Below, in pieces: positions 40,353 to 50,277 of a stretch of DNA of 64,000 nucleotides. A program made the position numbers and the translations under genes. Under the pieces are notes generated by a model that ran no database searches, was not told where the DNA came from, and saw only the letters and a program-made list of their open reading frames with translations. Origin of the DNA: an uncultured delta proteobacterium (lineage in GTDB: Bacteria > Desulfobacterota > Binatia > Binatales > Binataceae); contig CAWEEQ010000004.1 in the NCBI GenBank assembly GCA_963808235.1, positions 2,816,001 through 2,880,000 of the forward strand, written 5' to 3'. How positions within the stretch are numbered: the stretch's first letter is position 1; every line of letters begins with the position of its first letter.

Positions 40353-41357
40353 ATGCTCATACTTGGAATTGAATCTTCGTGCGACGACGCCGCATCCGCG
40401 GTTATCGAGACATCGGCGCCGGGCATCGCCGAGGTGCGCTCCAGCACGGTCGCCAACCAGGACGACATACATCGAGTCTACGGCGGAATCGTTCCCGAGC
40501 TGGCGTCGCGGAATCACGTAGTCACGATTGGGCCGGTAATCGAACGCGCGCTGAGCGATGCGCGATGCACCCTTGCCGATATCGGAGGAATCGCGGTGAC
40601 TAGCGGGCCCGGGCTGGTTGGCTCGCTGCTGGTTGGCCTGATGTTCGCCAAGGGTCTCGCGCAGGCTGCACAAATCCCGATGGTGGGCGTGAATCACATC
40701 GAGGGTCACCTGCTTGCGCCGCTGCTCGAGAATCAGATCGCGATGCCATACCTGGCGCTGGTTGTATCCGGCGGGCATACGGCGCTGTTCGCGGTCGAGG
40801 ACTTCGGCCGCTATCGGCGCATCGGACGCACTCGCGACGACGCCGCCGGCGAAGCATTCGACAAGGTCGCCAAGCTGATGGGCCTCGGTTATCCGGGCGG
40901 CCGCGCAATCGACGAGTTGTCGCGCCGCGGCAATCGCAAGCGGGTGCGAATCCCGCGCGCGCACGTGAAAGGTGCGCCGATGGATTTCAGTTTCAGCGGC
41001 GTGAAGACTTCTGTCGCCACGCTGCTCGCGAGCGATGCGGGCCGGGCCGAGCGGCCCGAAGATCTCGCGGCCAGCTTCCAGGAAGCAGTCGTCGATATGC
41101 TCGTGAAACCGACGATCGCCGCGGCGCGCGAACTCGGCGCCGACACGATCGCGCTGACGGGCGGGGTCGCGGCGAACTCGAGGTTGCGCGATGTACTCGC
41201 GCAGGCCGCGGCCGCGGATGGCCGGCGGCTGGTCGCACCGGCGCTCAAATATTGCACTGACAATGCGGCGATGATCGCGCTCGCGGGCAGCTATCGCCTG
41301 CTGCGCGGCGAGTGCGACTCGATGGGCATCGACGCCGACGCCAATCTTTCGCTTTGA
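40353..41357 (+). CDS. tsaD: tRNA N6-adenosine threonylcarbamoyltransferase
   Basis: LGIESSCDD, HIEGH, SGGHT, DDAAGEAFDK, TDNAAMI. Confidence 0.97.
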   Translation: MLILGIESSCDDAASAVIETSAPGIAEVRSSTVANQDDIHRVYGGIVPELASRNHVVTIGPVIERALSDARCTLADIGGIAVTSGPGLVGSLLVGLMFAKGLAQAAQIPMVGVNHIEGHLLAPLLENQIAMPYLALVVSGGHTALFAVEDFGRYRRIGRTRDDAAGEAFDKVAKLMGLGYPGGRAIDELSRRGNRKRVRIPRAHVKGAPMDFSFSGVKTSVATLLASDAGRAERPEDLAASFQEAVVDMLVKPTIAAARELGADTIALTGGVAANSRLRDVLAQAAAADGRRLVAPALKYCTDNAAMIALAGSYRLLRGECDSMGIDADANLSL

Positions 41358-41368
41358 CGCGCTGACCA

Positions 41369-42271
41369 ATGGCAATCGCGCGGAAATCCGGCTCTCGAGG
41401 CGAATCGTCTCCATCGCGACCCGCTCCCGCGCTCGCGATCGCCGGCGTGCGTCCGACAAAATCGCGCGGGCAGAATTTCCTCACCAGCGGCGCAATCGCG
41501 GATCGAATCGTCAGAGCGGCGGAACTCGACGAATCCGATCACATAGTCGAAATCGGGCCCGGACTCGGGATCCTGACAGAGAAGATCGCGATGCAGCCGC
41601 ACCGCTCGCTGACGCTGGTCGAACTCGATCCGCGACTCGCCGCGCGGCTTTCCGATCGCTTCGCCGGTGACGCGAGGAATCGAGTGATCAATGCGGACTT
41701 TCTCTCCGTCGATTTCGCGCAGCTCGCCGCGATGCCGCCAATCAAGGTGATCGGCAATCTGCCATTCAATGTCGCCGCCGCGATTTTACGACGTCTATGC
41801 GACAACGCGCGCCTGATCGCGCGGATGGTCCTGATGTTTCAACGCGAGGTCGCAGCGCGAATTCGCGCCCGCTCCGGCGACGACGGCTACTCGGCACTGA
41901 GCGTATTCACTGCACTCTACTGGGATATCGATCTCCATTTCGCAATCGCGGCCGGCAGCTTTCACCCGCGGCCCAAAGTCGACGCGGAAGTACTCGGCTT
42001 CAGACCGCGAACAGAATCGCCATTTGTCGAAATCGATGAGCGCACGGTGCTCGAGGTTGTGCGCGCGTCATTCTCCGCACCGCGAAAGACCATTCGAAAC
42101 GCGCTCAGCCATTCGCTTGGAATCGAAGCGGCCACGATTGTTGAGGCGCTCGGACGCGCGGCGATCGATCCGTCGGCGCGCGCCGAAACGCTCGCGGTGC
42201 CCGATTTTATCCGGCTTTCCCGGATACTCGGTCCAGGATTGACCCGCGGGATCGGGTCGCACGATGCCTGA
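41369..42271 (+). CDS. rsmA: 16S rRNA adenine dimethyltransferase
   Basis: GQNFL, EIGPGLG, GNLPF, MFQREVA. Confidence 0.95.
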   Translation: MAIARKSGSRGESSPSRPAPALAIAGVRPTKSRGQNFLTSGAIADRIVRAAELDESDHIVEIGPGLGILTEKIAMQPHRSLTLVELDPRLAARLSDRFAGDARNRVINADFLSVDFAQLAAMPPIKVIGNLPFNVAAAILRRLCDNARLIARMVLMFQREVAARIRARSGDDGYSALSVFTALYWDIDLHFAIAAGSFHPRPKVDAEVLGFRPRTESPFVEIDERTVLEVVRASFSAPRKTIRNALSHSLGIEAATIVEALGRAAIDPSARAETLAVPDFIRLSRILGPGLTRGIGSHDA

Positions 42272-43097
42272 ACTTCCGGAAGTTGAATCGCTCCGCCGGA
42301 TCCTGTCGCGCACCGCGGTCGGCCGGACAATCGTACGAGCGCGGATCGGCGACAAAAGCTTGCGACGCCGCGTGCCGATCGATTTTTCCTCGAGTATCGC
42401 AGGCCGACGAATCACCGCGCTTTCGCGGCGGGCAAAATATTTGATCGTCGAGTTTGACGGCGACGATGTGTTGCTGGTCCACCTAGGGATGTCGGGCAGC
42501 CTGACCCATCGCAACGACGGATTCCACGCTGACGAATTCGATCCTCGACACGATCATCTGGAATTTTCTCTCGACGACGACTCGCGCCTGGTCTACAACG
42601 ACCCGCGGCGCTTCGGAATGGTCCGCCTGGTAGCGCGCGCCGCGCTGGCTTCCACAGCGGAACTGAAGGCTCTCGGCCCGGAGCCTCTGTCGCGCGAATT
42701 TAACGCCAATTACTTGGCATCGAGGGCCCGCGGACGCCGCGTCGCGATCAAGAACCTGATCATGGATCAACGGATCGTCGCAGGTATCGGGAACATTTAC
42801 GCGGCGGAGATTTTATTTCGCGCCGGCGTGAGGCCGACCCGCCGTGCCGGCCGCGTTACCCGAGGCGAGATCGAAAAGATCGCGAGCGCGGTGCCGCTGA
42901 TTCTTCGCGCGGCGATCGGCCGCAGCGGCACCACCTTTCGCAGCTATCGCGATTCGCGCGGACAGCCGGGACGATTTGCCGAGCGCCTGCGCGTGTACGG
43001 GCGCGAGGGCAAACCGTGCTACACATGCTCGACGCCGATCAGAAACGTGGTCATTGGTGGGCGCGCCAGTTTCTATTGTCCGAAATGCCAGCGCTGA
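42264..43097 (+). CDS. mutM: Formamidopyrimidine-DNA glycosylase
   Basis: MPELPEVE, HLGMSG, GIGNIY, C-terminal Zn finger. Confidence 0.97.
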   Translation: MPELPEVESLRRILSRTAVGRTIVRARIGDKSLRRRVPIDFSSSIAGRRITALSRRAKYLIVEFDGDDVLLVHLGMSGSLTHRNDGFHADEFDPRHDHLEFSLDDDSRLVYNDPRRFGMVRLVARAALASTAELKALGPEPLSREFNANYLASRARGRRVAIKNLIMDQRIVAGIGNIYAAEILFRAGVRPTRRAGRVTRGEIEKIASAVPLILRAAIGRSGTTFRSYRDSRGQPGRFAERLRVYGREGKPCYTCSTPIRNVVIGGRASFYCPKCQR

Positions 43098-43118
43098 TCG
43101 CGCCGACACCCGAGGAGA

Positions 43119-44576
43119 ATGCATTTGTCGATGATGCCGCTTCCTAAACTTCGCGCGAAGCTCGTAGCGATCGCATGTTTCGGGATCGCGACTATCGTCT
43201 TAGCGTTTATCGCGCCCGATTCCCGCGCCGACAGCGCACCTCAAATCGATTGGAACAAGATCGATTCCGAAGCGCTCGATTATTTCCGCGCTTATCTTCG
43301 CTTCGATACGACCAATCCGCCCGACAATACCGCCGCCGCGATCGCATACCTGAAAGCCATCCTCGACAAGGAAGAAATTGCGACTGAAACCTTCGAGAGC
43401 AAGCCCGGGATGGTCACCCTGGTCGCGCGCATCCCGGGACCCTCGGGTGTGAAACCTCTGATGCTCATGTCGCATGCCGACGTCGTGCCCGCTGTGGGAG
43501 CCAACTGGACGCATCCGCCGTTCAGTGCTGACCTGAACGACGGTTACGTGTGGGCGCGCGGCGCGATCGACAACAAGGCGCATGGGATCATGGCGCTGAT
43601 GACGATGCTCGCGCTCAAGCGCAACAACGTTCCGCTCAAGCGCGGCGTCGAGCTGATGATAAATCCCGACGAAGAAGCGGGCGGCGAAAACGGCGCCACC
43701 TGGATGGTGCAGAATCACTGGGACGCGATCGATCCGGCGTTCGCGTTCAACGAAGGCGGCGACGGCTCGCCGAATTGGCTCGGGACCAGGGGCACGACCT
43801 TCCTGGTCGCGGTGTCAGAGAAGCGGGTGAACTGGCTTCATATCACCGTCCACGGCAAGGGCGGACACGGCTCGGTGCCGAGGCCCGACAATCCGAGCCT
43901 GATGCTGGTCAACGCACTTCATCGAGTGCTGGAAAATCAGCCGCCGATCCGGATCACGCCAATTTTCGCCAGTGCGATGCTTTCGATCGCGCCGCTCGAG
44001 CCGAGCCCGGCGTCGTTCCAACTCGCGCACCTCGATTCGCCCGGAACTGCCGAGCTTGCGACTCGCGGCGTGCTCAGTCCGTACAACGTACAGGCGCTCA
44101 TGCGCGATACGATCTCGCTCACGGTGCTCCACGCCGGACTCAAGGTGAACGTGGTGCCGACCACCGCCGAAGCCGCGCTGGATTGCAGGCTCCTGCCGGG
44201 CACCGATGCGGCCGCGTTTCTGAAGCATCTGCGTGAGCAGCTCGGCACGGGCGATTTCACGATTGACTATATCCAGCGGCCTGACGATGCTCCGCCGTCG
44301 CCGAGTTCCGGCGAGGCTTGGGACGCGATCAAACATGTCGTTGCGGCTGATTTTAAAGACTCAATAGTGGTGCCGTGGATGACGACCGGCGGCACTGATT
44401 CGCGCATGCTTCGTACGAAGGGCGTTCCCGCATACGGATTCGTCCCGGTGATCCTGACGCCGGAGGAAATCGCGCGCGTTCACGGCGACGACGAGCGACT
44501 TTCGGTGGACAATCTGAATCGAGGAATCAAGGCCACTTACGATTTGACGATCGATCTGTGCGCCGCGCAAAAGTAA
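43119..44576 (+). CDS. Secreted M20-family metallopeptidase
   Basis: SHADVV, RGAIDNK, DEEAGG, GGTD, HGDDE. Confidence 0.9.
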   Translation: MHLSMMPLPKLRAKLVAIACFGIATIVLAFIAPDSRADSAPQIDWNKIDSEALDYFRAYLRFDTTNPPDNTAAAIAYLKAILDKEEIATETFESKPGMVTLVARIPGPSGVKPLMLMSHADVVPAVGANWTHPPFSADLNDGYVWARGAIDNKAHGIMALMTMLALKRNNVPLKRGVELMINPDEEAGGENGATWMVQNHWDAIDPAFAFNEGGDGSPNWLGTRGTTFLVAVSEKRVNWLHITVHGKGGHGSVPRPDNPSLMLVNALHRVLENQPPIRITPIFASAMLSIAPLEPSPASFQLAHLDSPGTAELATRGVLSPYNVQALMRDTISLTVLHAGLKVNVVPTTAEAALDCRLLPGTDAAAFLKHLREQLGTGDFTIDYIQRPDDAPPSPSSGEAWDAIKHVVAADFKDSIVVPWMTTGGTDSRMLRTKGVPAYGFVPVILTPEEIARVHGDDERLSVDNLNRGIKATYDLTIDLCAAQK

Positions 44577-44580
44577 GAAG

Positions 44581-45009
44581 ATGGTCGATTTGAGGATCAA
44601 AACAAAGGCGCGCATCGAGCTCGTCGATATCACCGACAAGGTCAATCACGCGCTCGCTGAAATCGGCGCTGCGAGCGGGCTTTGCAACGTCTTCGTCGCG
44701 CATACGACCGCCGCTGTGATCGTCTCCGAGAACTGGGATCCCGACGTAGTCACAGATATGATTGCGCAACTCGAGCGTATAGTACCGCGTGAAAATGGTT
44801 ACCGGCACGGCGAAGGCAACTCGCAGGCGCATATCCTGTCCGTGATGCTATCAACCTCGATCAACATCCCGGTGCGCGGTGGCAAGCTCGTGCTCGGCAA
44901 ATGGCAGGGCGTGATGCTCGCGGAACTCGACGGGCCGCGCGAGCGCGACGTGATCGTGAGTGTCGCGTCTCAAGCGTCAGGCAAGAGCGGCAAGGCGGTG
45001 ACCCGATGA
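44581..45009 (+). CDS. YjbQ/UPF0047 family protein
   Basis: HTTA, H.EGNS.AH, LGKWQG..ELDGPR. Confidence 0.92.
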   Translation: MVDLRIKTKARIELVDITDKVNHALAEIGAASGLCNVFVAHTTAAVIVSENWDPDVVTDMIAQLERIVPRENGYRHGEGNSQAHILSVMLSTSINIPVRGGKLVLGKWQGVMLAELDGPRERDVIVSVASQASGKSGKAVTR

Positions 45010-45845
45010 ACCTCGACGTGCCCACCGGACTCGTCGCCACCGTGGCATTCCTGTTTGGCGCGAGTGCCGGCAGCTTCGTCGGTGTGATCGCGTACCGGCT
45101 TCCGCGCGACCTGTCGATCGTGTCGCCGCGCTCGTTTTGCGAAAGTTGCGAGCGCGCGATTCCGTGGTGGGCGAACATCCCGATTCTCGCCTACCTCGGG
45201 CTGCGTGGGCGATGCCTTATGTGCGGCGCGCCGATTCCGTTTCGCAATTTCCTGGCAGAGTTGGGACTCGGCATCATCGCGCTTTATCTTTGCCTCGCCT
45301 TTCCACCTGCCGACGCGATCGCGCGCTTCGCGCTGTGCGCCGCGTTATGGGTCGTCGCGATAATCGATTACGACTGGCGGCTGATTCCCAACATCGTTAC
45401 CTGGCCTGGCACGCTGGTGGGATTGTTCGCAGCGTCGCTGCTGATCCCGGAGGTCGGCTGGAAAAATTCGCTGCTCGGTATTCTCTTCGGCGCCGGCGTC
45501 TTGTTCGGCACCGGGTATCTCTATCAGCTTGTGCGCGGACGCGAAGGCGTTGGTCTCGGCGACGTTTGGCTGCTCGGCATGATCGGCGCGTTTCTTGGCT
45601 GGGTTGGTGTTTTCTTCACCCTGTTCGTTGGCTCGGTTATCGGCTCGATCGGCGGAATCGCTTTTGCGCTCAGCGGCGGCGGCGCGGCTTCGACCGCCCC
45701 TCTCGGCGACCCAGCGACCGATCCCGAAGAAGCCGACGTCTCGATTCTGCGCACCGAAGTTCCGTTCGGTCCTTACCTGGCCCTGGCGGCCGGTATCTTC
45801 ACGCTCTTTCAGCCGCAACTGACCCACTGGTATCTTGGCCGATAG
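45006..45845 (+). CDS. pilD: Type IV prepilin peptidase
   Basis: YRLP, SFCESC, CLMC, GLGD, PFGPYL. Confidence 0.93.
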   Translation: MNLDVPTGLVATVAFLFGASAGSFVGVIAYRLPRDLSIVSPRSFCESCERAIPWWANIPILAYLGLRGRCLMCGAPIPFRNFLAELGLGIIALYLCLAFPPADAIARFALCAALWVVAIIDYDWRLIPNIVTWPGTLVGLFAASLLIPEVGWKNSLLGILFGAGVLFGTGYLYQLVRGREGVGLGDVWLLGMIGAFLGWVGVFFTLFVGSVIGSIGGIAFALSGGGAASTAPLGDPATDPEEADVSILRTEVPFGPYLALAAGIFTLFQPQLTHWYLGR

Positions 45846-45870
45846 GCGGGACGCTCAAATCCGGCAATCG

Positions 45871-46518
45871 ATGGGATCAGGTGTATTCATCACGCTCGAA
45901 GGCGTCGAAGGAAGCGGCAAGACCACGCAGGCCGCGATTTTGGGCGACGCACTGCGGATAGACGGCCGGCGCGTGACGATCACACATGAGCCCGGCGGCA
46001 CTCGCGCCGGCGAAACCATTCGCGCGATCTTCCTCGATCCCGCCGTCTCGCTCGACGTATCTGCCGAGCTATTGCTGGTGCTCGCCGATCGCGCCCAGCA
46101 CGTCCGCGAAAAACTTCAGCCCGCACTCGCCCGTGGCGAGATCGTGATTTCCGATCGCTACTCGGATTCCACCACCGCCTACCAGGGCTACGGGCGCGGC
46201 TTCGATCTCAAATTGCTCGACGAATTAAATCGGCTTGCGAGCGACTCGACATCGCCCGACCTGACCGTCGTGCTCGATCTACCGGTCGAGACCGGCCTCG
46301 AGCGCACCCGCGCGCGCGCCAAGGGTACCGGGCGCGGTTCCGACCGCTTCGAGGGCGAGCGCGCGGAGTTTCATCGCAAGGTGCGCGACGGCTTCCTCGC
46401 GATCGCCGCGGCCGAGCCGTCACGCGTGATCATTATCGACGCGGATCGCGCAGTCGCCGACGTCAGCCGGGACATCCGGCGCGCCGTAGACGAGCTGCTG
46501 AGCCGGCGATGCCCCTGA
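45871..46518 (+). CDS. tmk: Thymidylate kinase
   Basis: EGVEGSGKTT, EPGGT, DRYSDS..AYQGYGR. Confidence 0.96.
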   Translation: MGSGVFITLEGVEGSGKTTQAAILGDALRIDGRRVTITHEPGGTRAGETIRAIFLDPAVSLDVSAELLLVLADRAQHVREKLQPALARGEIVISDRYSDSTTAYQGYGRGFDLKLLDELNRLASDSTSPDLTVVLDLPVETGLERTRARAKGTGRGSDRFEGERAEFHRKVRDGFLAIAAAEPSRVIIIDADRAVADVSRDIRRAVDELLSRRCP

Positions 46519-47588
46519 CTTCGCTTCGCGGGCATCGCGAAATCGCAAATCGGCTTCTCGCCGAATTGCGCCAGCGCCCTTCGCATGCATACTTGTTCTC
46601 CGGTCCGCGCGGCGTCGGCAAGGCCTTGGTCGCGACCAGCCTTGTCCATGCGCTGATGTGCGAACGCGCGCCGGGCGAGAACTTCTGCTGCACGATCAGC
46701 GGATGCCCGGTGCGCGAGGCTCCGCAGGCCGAGCGCAGCCGCGCGCGTACCGCCGACGCCGACGCGCCCCGCTGCGACTGCTGTTCGGCGTGCGTGCAGA
46801 TCGCCACCGGAGTGCATCCCGATTTTTCTTACGTCTCGCGACCGGCAGGCAAAACCGACGTTTTGATCGAGCAGGTTCGCGAACTGATCGTGCGACTCGG
46901 GACGCGGCCATCGCGCGGCTCGATTCGTGTTGCGATCATCGACGATGCCGAGACTTTGAATATTCCCGCGCAGAACGCGCTGCTGAAGACGCTCGAAGAG
47001 CCGCCCGGCCACGCGATCATCATCATGGTGAGCGCGAGCGAGCGGGCGCTGCTCGATACGGTCCGTTCGCGCACCCGCACGGTGCGATTTCCGGCGCTGA
47101 AGGTCGCCGACCTGGAAGGTATCCTTGCGTCGCGCGGCGTGGAGGACAAGGCGCGCGCCGGTGCGCTCGCGTTGCTCGCGCGCGGCAGCGCAGCCCATGC
47201 AATCGCGCTCGCAGCCGGCGAAGAGCCGCCCCTGAAGGAGCTGCTGGCGGCGCTCAGCACCGCGAAGTCAATCGACTTCGCACGTGCGAATTCGCTGGCG
47301 CAGGAATTCTTTGCCAATCGCGAGGCCGCCGCCGCAAATTTCGAGCTGCTCGCACGGCTGCTCGAAGAAATACTATGCTGCAAGCTGCTCAAGGCGAACT
47401 TCGCGGCATTTCCGCCGGCAGCCTCGGAAACGATGGCGCAAATTGCACGGCGCGCTGGTGTCGACGGGCTCGTAAAGTGTATCGACGCGGCGGTTCTGGC
47501 TCTGGAAGCGGTCGAAGCGATGGCGAATCCACGCTTGCAGGCGGAGAATTGGTGGACTATCGCGGCGCAGGCGATGCAGGATAGTTAG
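46509..47588 (+). CDS. holB: DNA polymerase III delta-prime
   Basis: HAYLFSGPRGVGK, HPDF, AQNALLKTLEEPP, TVRSR. Confidence 0.93.
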   Translation: MPLTSLRGHREIANRLLAELRQRPSHAYLFSGPRGVGKALVATSLVHALMCERAPGENFCCTISGCPVREAPQAERSRARTADADAPRCDCCSACVQIATGVHPDFSYVSRPAGKTDVLIEQVRELIVRLGTRPSRGSIRVAIIDDAETLNIPAQNALLKTLEEPPGHAIIIMVSASERALLDTVRSRTRTVRFPALKVADLEGILASRGVEDKARAGALALLARGSAAHAIALAAGEEPPLKELLAALSTAKSIDFARANSLAQEFFANREAAAANFELLARLLEEILCCKLLKANFAAFPPAASETMAQIARRAGVDGLVKCIDAAVLALEAVEAMANPRLQAENWWTIAAQAMQDS

Positions 47589-47610
47589 TTGACAGGTGGG
47601 GTAGAAGGCA

Positions 47611-48459
47611 GTGGGTCAAGACATCGATCCGTTTGAAGGCCGTCCGCCGATTCCGAAAATCGTCGCGATCAGCCTGCAGCAAACCGGCCATCTGTATAAC
47701 TTCCTGGCCGGAGACGCAGCACTTCGGCGCGGCGATCGCGTGCTCGTCGAGAGTGAGGCTGGCGCCCGGGTCGGCACGGTCGAGATCGAGCCGCACGAAC
47801 CGGCGCATTCGATCGATCTCTCCGCGATGCGCGCGATCATCCGGGTTGCGTCCGATGCCGACTTCGACGCCGAGAAAGAGAACCTGGCGCGCGAAGCTAA
47901 TGCGCGCCGCCTGTGCATCGAGCGGATTCGAGCGCATCGCCTCCAGATGAAGCTGGTCAACGCCGATTATACTTTCGACGGACGCAAAGCGGTCTTCTAT
48001 TTCGTCGCCGAAGGACGAGTCGATTTCCGCGACCTGGTCCGCGACCTCGCCAACTCGCTGCGGGTTCGAGTCGAGATGAAACAAATCGGCGCGCGCGACG
48101 AGACCAAAGTTACCGGTGGCCTCGGACCATGCGGACGCGAACTATGCTGCTCGAGCTGGCTGCGCGACTTCGAGGCGGTCACGGTCAAGATGGCGCGCGA
48201 CCAGGGCTTGGCGCTGAATCCGTCGCGGCTGGCCGGGATGTGTGGGCGCCTCAAGTGCTGTCTCCGCTACGAGTACGCCACTTACGTCGAACTCAAGCGC
48301 GCGCTTCCCAACCTCGGCAAGCGCGTTCAATGCGTAAAGGGCGACGGCAAAGTGATCCGCCAGAACATCCTGAAGCAGACCGTGCTGGTGCAGCGCGAAG
48401 AAGACGGCGGCGTCGTCGAAGTAACGCTCGAGGATCTGGTCGCCTCGCGCCCGCAGTAG
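47611..48459 (+). CDS. PSP1/RicT (YaaT) family protein
   Basis: RVDFRDLV, QIGARDE, CGRELCC, GMCGRLKCCL. Confidence 0.93.
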   Translation: MGQDIDPFEGRPPIPKIVAISLQQTGHLYNFLAGDAALRRGDRVLVESEAGARVGTVEIEPHEPAHSIDLSAMRAIIRVASDADFDAEKENLAREANARRLCIERIRAHRLQMKLVNADYTFDGRKAVFYFVAEGRVDFRDLVRDLANSLRVRVEMKQIGARDETKVTGGLGPCGRELCCSSWLRDFEAVTVKMARDQGLALNPSRLAGMCGRLKCCLRYEYATYVELKRALPNLGKRVQCVKGDGKVIRQNILKQTVLVQREEDGGVVEVTLEDLVASRPQ

Positions 48460-48516
48460 CCATTTCGTTCGCGGTTGTCGCGCGACATCGCGTCTCCCGC
48501 TATTCTCGATCTCCTG

Positions 48517-50058
48517 ATGGCAGACCGGATTCACATTACTAGCGCGATTATTTACAGCAACGGGCCGCCGCATATCGGCCATGCCTACGAGCTGCTCGCG
48601 ACCGACGCGTTCGCGCGCTATCAGCGCCGCAAGCTCGGCGCCGCAAACGTGACGTTCGTCACCGGCACCGACGAGCACGGCGACAAGAACAAACGCGCCG
48701 CCGACGCCGCCGGGCTGCATCCGAAGGCATTTGCCGACAAAATCAGCGCGATGTTCAAGCAGGGATGGGCCGGGCTCAACGTCAGCTACGACTACTTCGT
48801 CCGCACCACCGACCCGGTGCATCAAGCGTTCGTGCAGAAGATGCTCGCGCGCTCATACGATTGCGGCGACATCCACTTCAAGGACTACCAGGGCCTCTAC
48901 TGCGTCGGATGCGAGCGCTTTTACACCGAAAAAGAGCTGCTGCCCGGCAACGTCTGCCCCGTGCACAACACGCCTGTCGAGCCAATCAAGGAAGGCAACT
49001 ATTTTTTGAAGCTCGAAAAATATCGCGAGACGGTTCGCCGGCAGATCGAGAAAAATCCCGATTTCATCCGCCCCGAGCGTTATCGCAACGAGGCGCTCCG
49101 GATGCTCGACGAGCCGCTCGACGATCTCTGCATCTCGCGTCCCAAAGCGCGCCTCGATTGGGGAATCACGCTGCCGTTCGACGACAAGTACGTCACCTAC
49201 GTCTGGTACGACGCGTTCTGGGCATACCTGAGCGAGCTGCCAAAAACCGACGACGCTTCGCTCAAAGAAATCTTGCCGGTCACCGAGCACTTCATCGGTA
49301 AAGATATCCTCAAAACTCATGCGGTTTACTGGCCGCCGATGCTGCTGTCGGTCGGGCTGCCGCTCTTTCGACATCTAAATGTTCACGGCTTCGTGAATTT
49401 CGGCGGCGCCAGGTTGTCGAAGAGTTCTGGAAACATCCAGGACCCGGTGGCCTTTCAGAAAAGCATCGGAGCCGATGTCCTCCGCTATTTCGTGTTGCGG
49501 GAATTCACCTACGGACTCGACGGCGATTTCACCGAAGACCGCATGATCGATCGTTTCAACGCCGACCTGGCCAATGATCTTGGTAATCTGACCAGCCGCG
49601 TGCTCTCGATGGCGGCGCGATACTTCAACGGCGAGATCACTGCAACGCCCGGCGCCGGAATCGACGCGCTCGACTCGGCGCTCGCGGAAACTTTCGCATC
49701 GTTGCCGTCGCGGGTCGGTCCGTTGATTGAGGACCTCGCGTTCAATCGCGCTCTGGAAGCCGTCTGGCAAGCGCTCGACTCCGCCAACAAATATATCGTA
49801 ACGACTTCGCCGTTCACGCTCGCCAGGGATTCCGCGAAGATGCCGCGGGTCGCGCAGATTCTCGCCAACCTGGTCGAAGGACTTCGCGTCATCGCCGCCA
49901 GTCTGGAGCCGTTCATGCCGGTGACGTCGGCAAGGATTCTCGACTTGCTGAACGTCGATGAGGAGCAGGCGAGCGCGCCTTATGGAAAGGGCATCGTGAA
50001 CGGCCATCGGATCAAACCGACCACGCCGCTGTTCCCGAGAATCGACAGGAAAGCTTGA
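48517..50058 (+). CDS. metG: Methionine-tRNA ligase (short form)
   Basis: HIGH, GTDEHG, YVWYDA, IGKDI, RLSKS. Confidence 0.96.
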   Translation: MADRIHITSAIIYSNGPPHIGHAYELLATDAFARYQRRKLGAANVTFVTGTDEHGDKNKRAADAAGLHPKAFADKISAMFKQGWAGLNVSYDYFVRTTDPVHQAFVQKMLARSYDCGDIHFKDYQGLYCVGCERFYTEKELLPGNVCPVHNTPVEPIKEGNYFLKLEKYRETVRRQIEKNPDFIRPERYRNEALRMLDEPLDDLCISRPKARLDWGITLPFDDKYVTYVWYDAFWAYLSELPKTDDASLKEILPVTEHFIGKDILKTHAVYWPPMLLSVGLPLFRHLNVHGFVNFGGARLSKSSGNIQDPVAFQKSIGADVLRYFVLREFTYGLDGDFTEDRMIDRFNADLANDLGNLTSRVLSMAARYFNGEITATPGAGIDALDSALAETFASLPSRVGPLIEDLAFNRALEAVWQALDSANKYIVTTSPFTLARDSAKMPRVAQILANLVEGLRVIAASLEPFMPVTSARILDLLNVDEEQASAPYGKGIVNGHRIKPTTPLFPRIDRKA

Positions 50059-50277
50059 CCTAGCGCGCAAATTTCACGGGCAATAGCTGTCATCCTGTAT
50101 CGAAATGACAGACTTGCACGCTGGCAGCGCTCCAGCCCTTGCTTTAGCTGGAGGAATCCATACTTTGTTTTTCCAGTCCGCTGAAGCGAACGGAATCACG
50201 ACCGGAGCTGCTGGGAGGGGAACTTGAGAAATCGACATCTGGTTGAGTCGATCCGGATCGTCCTTGCACAATCTGCC

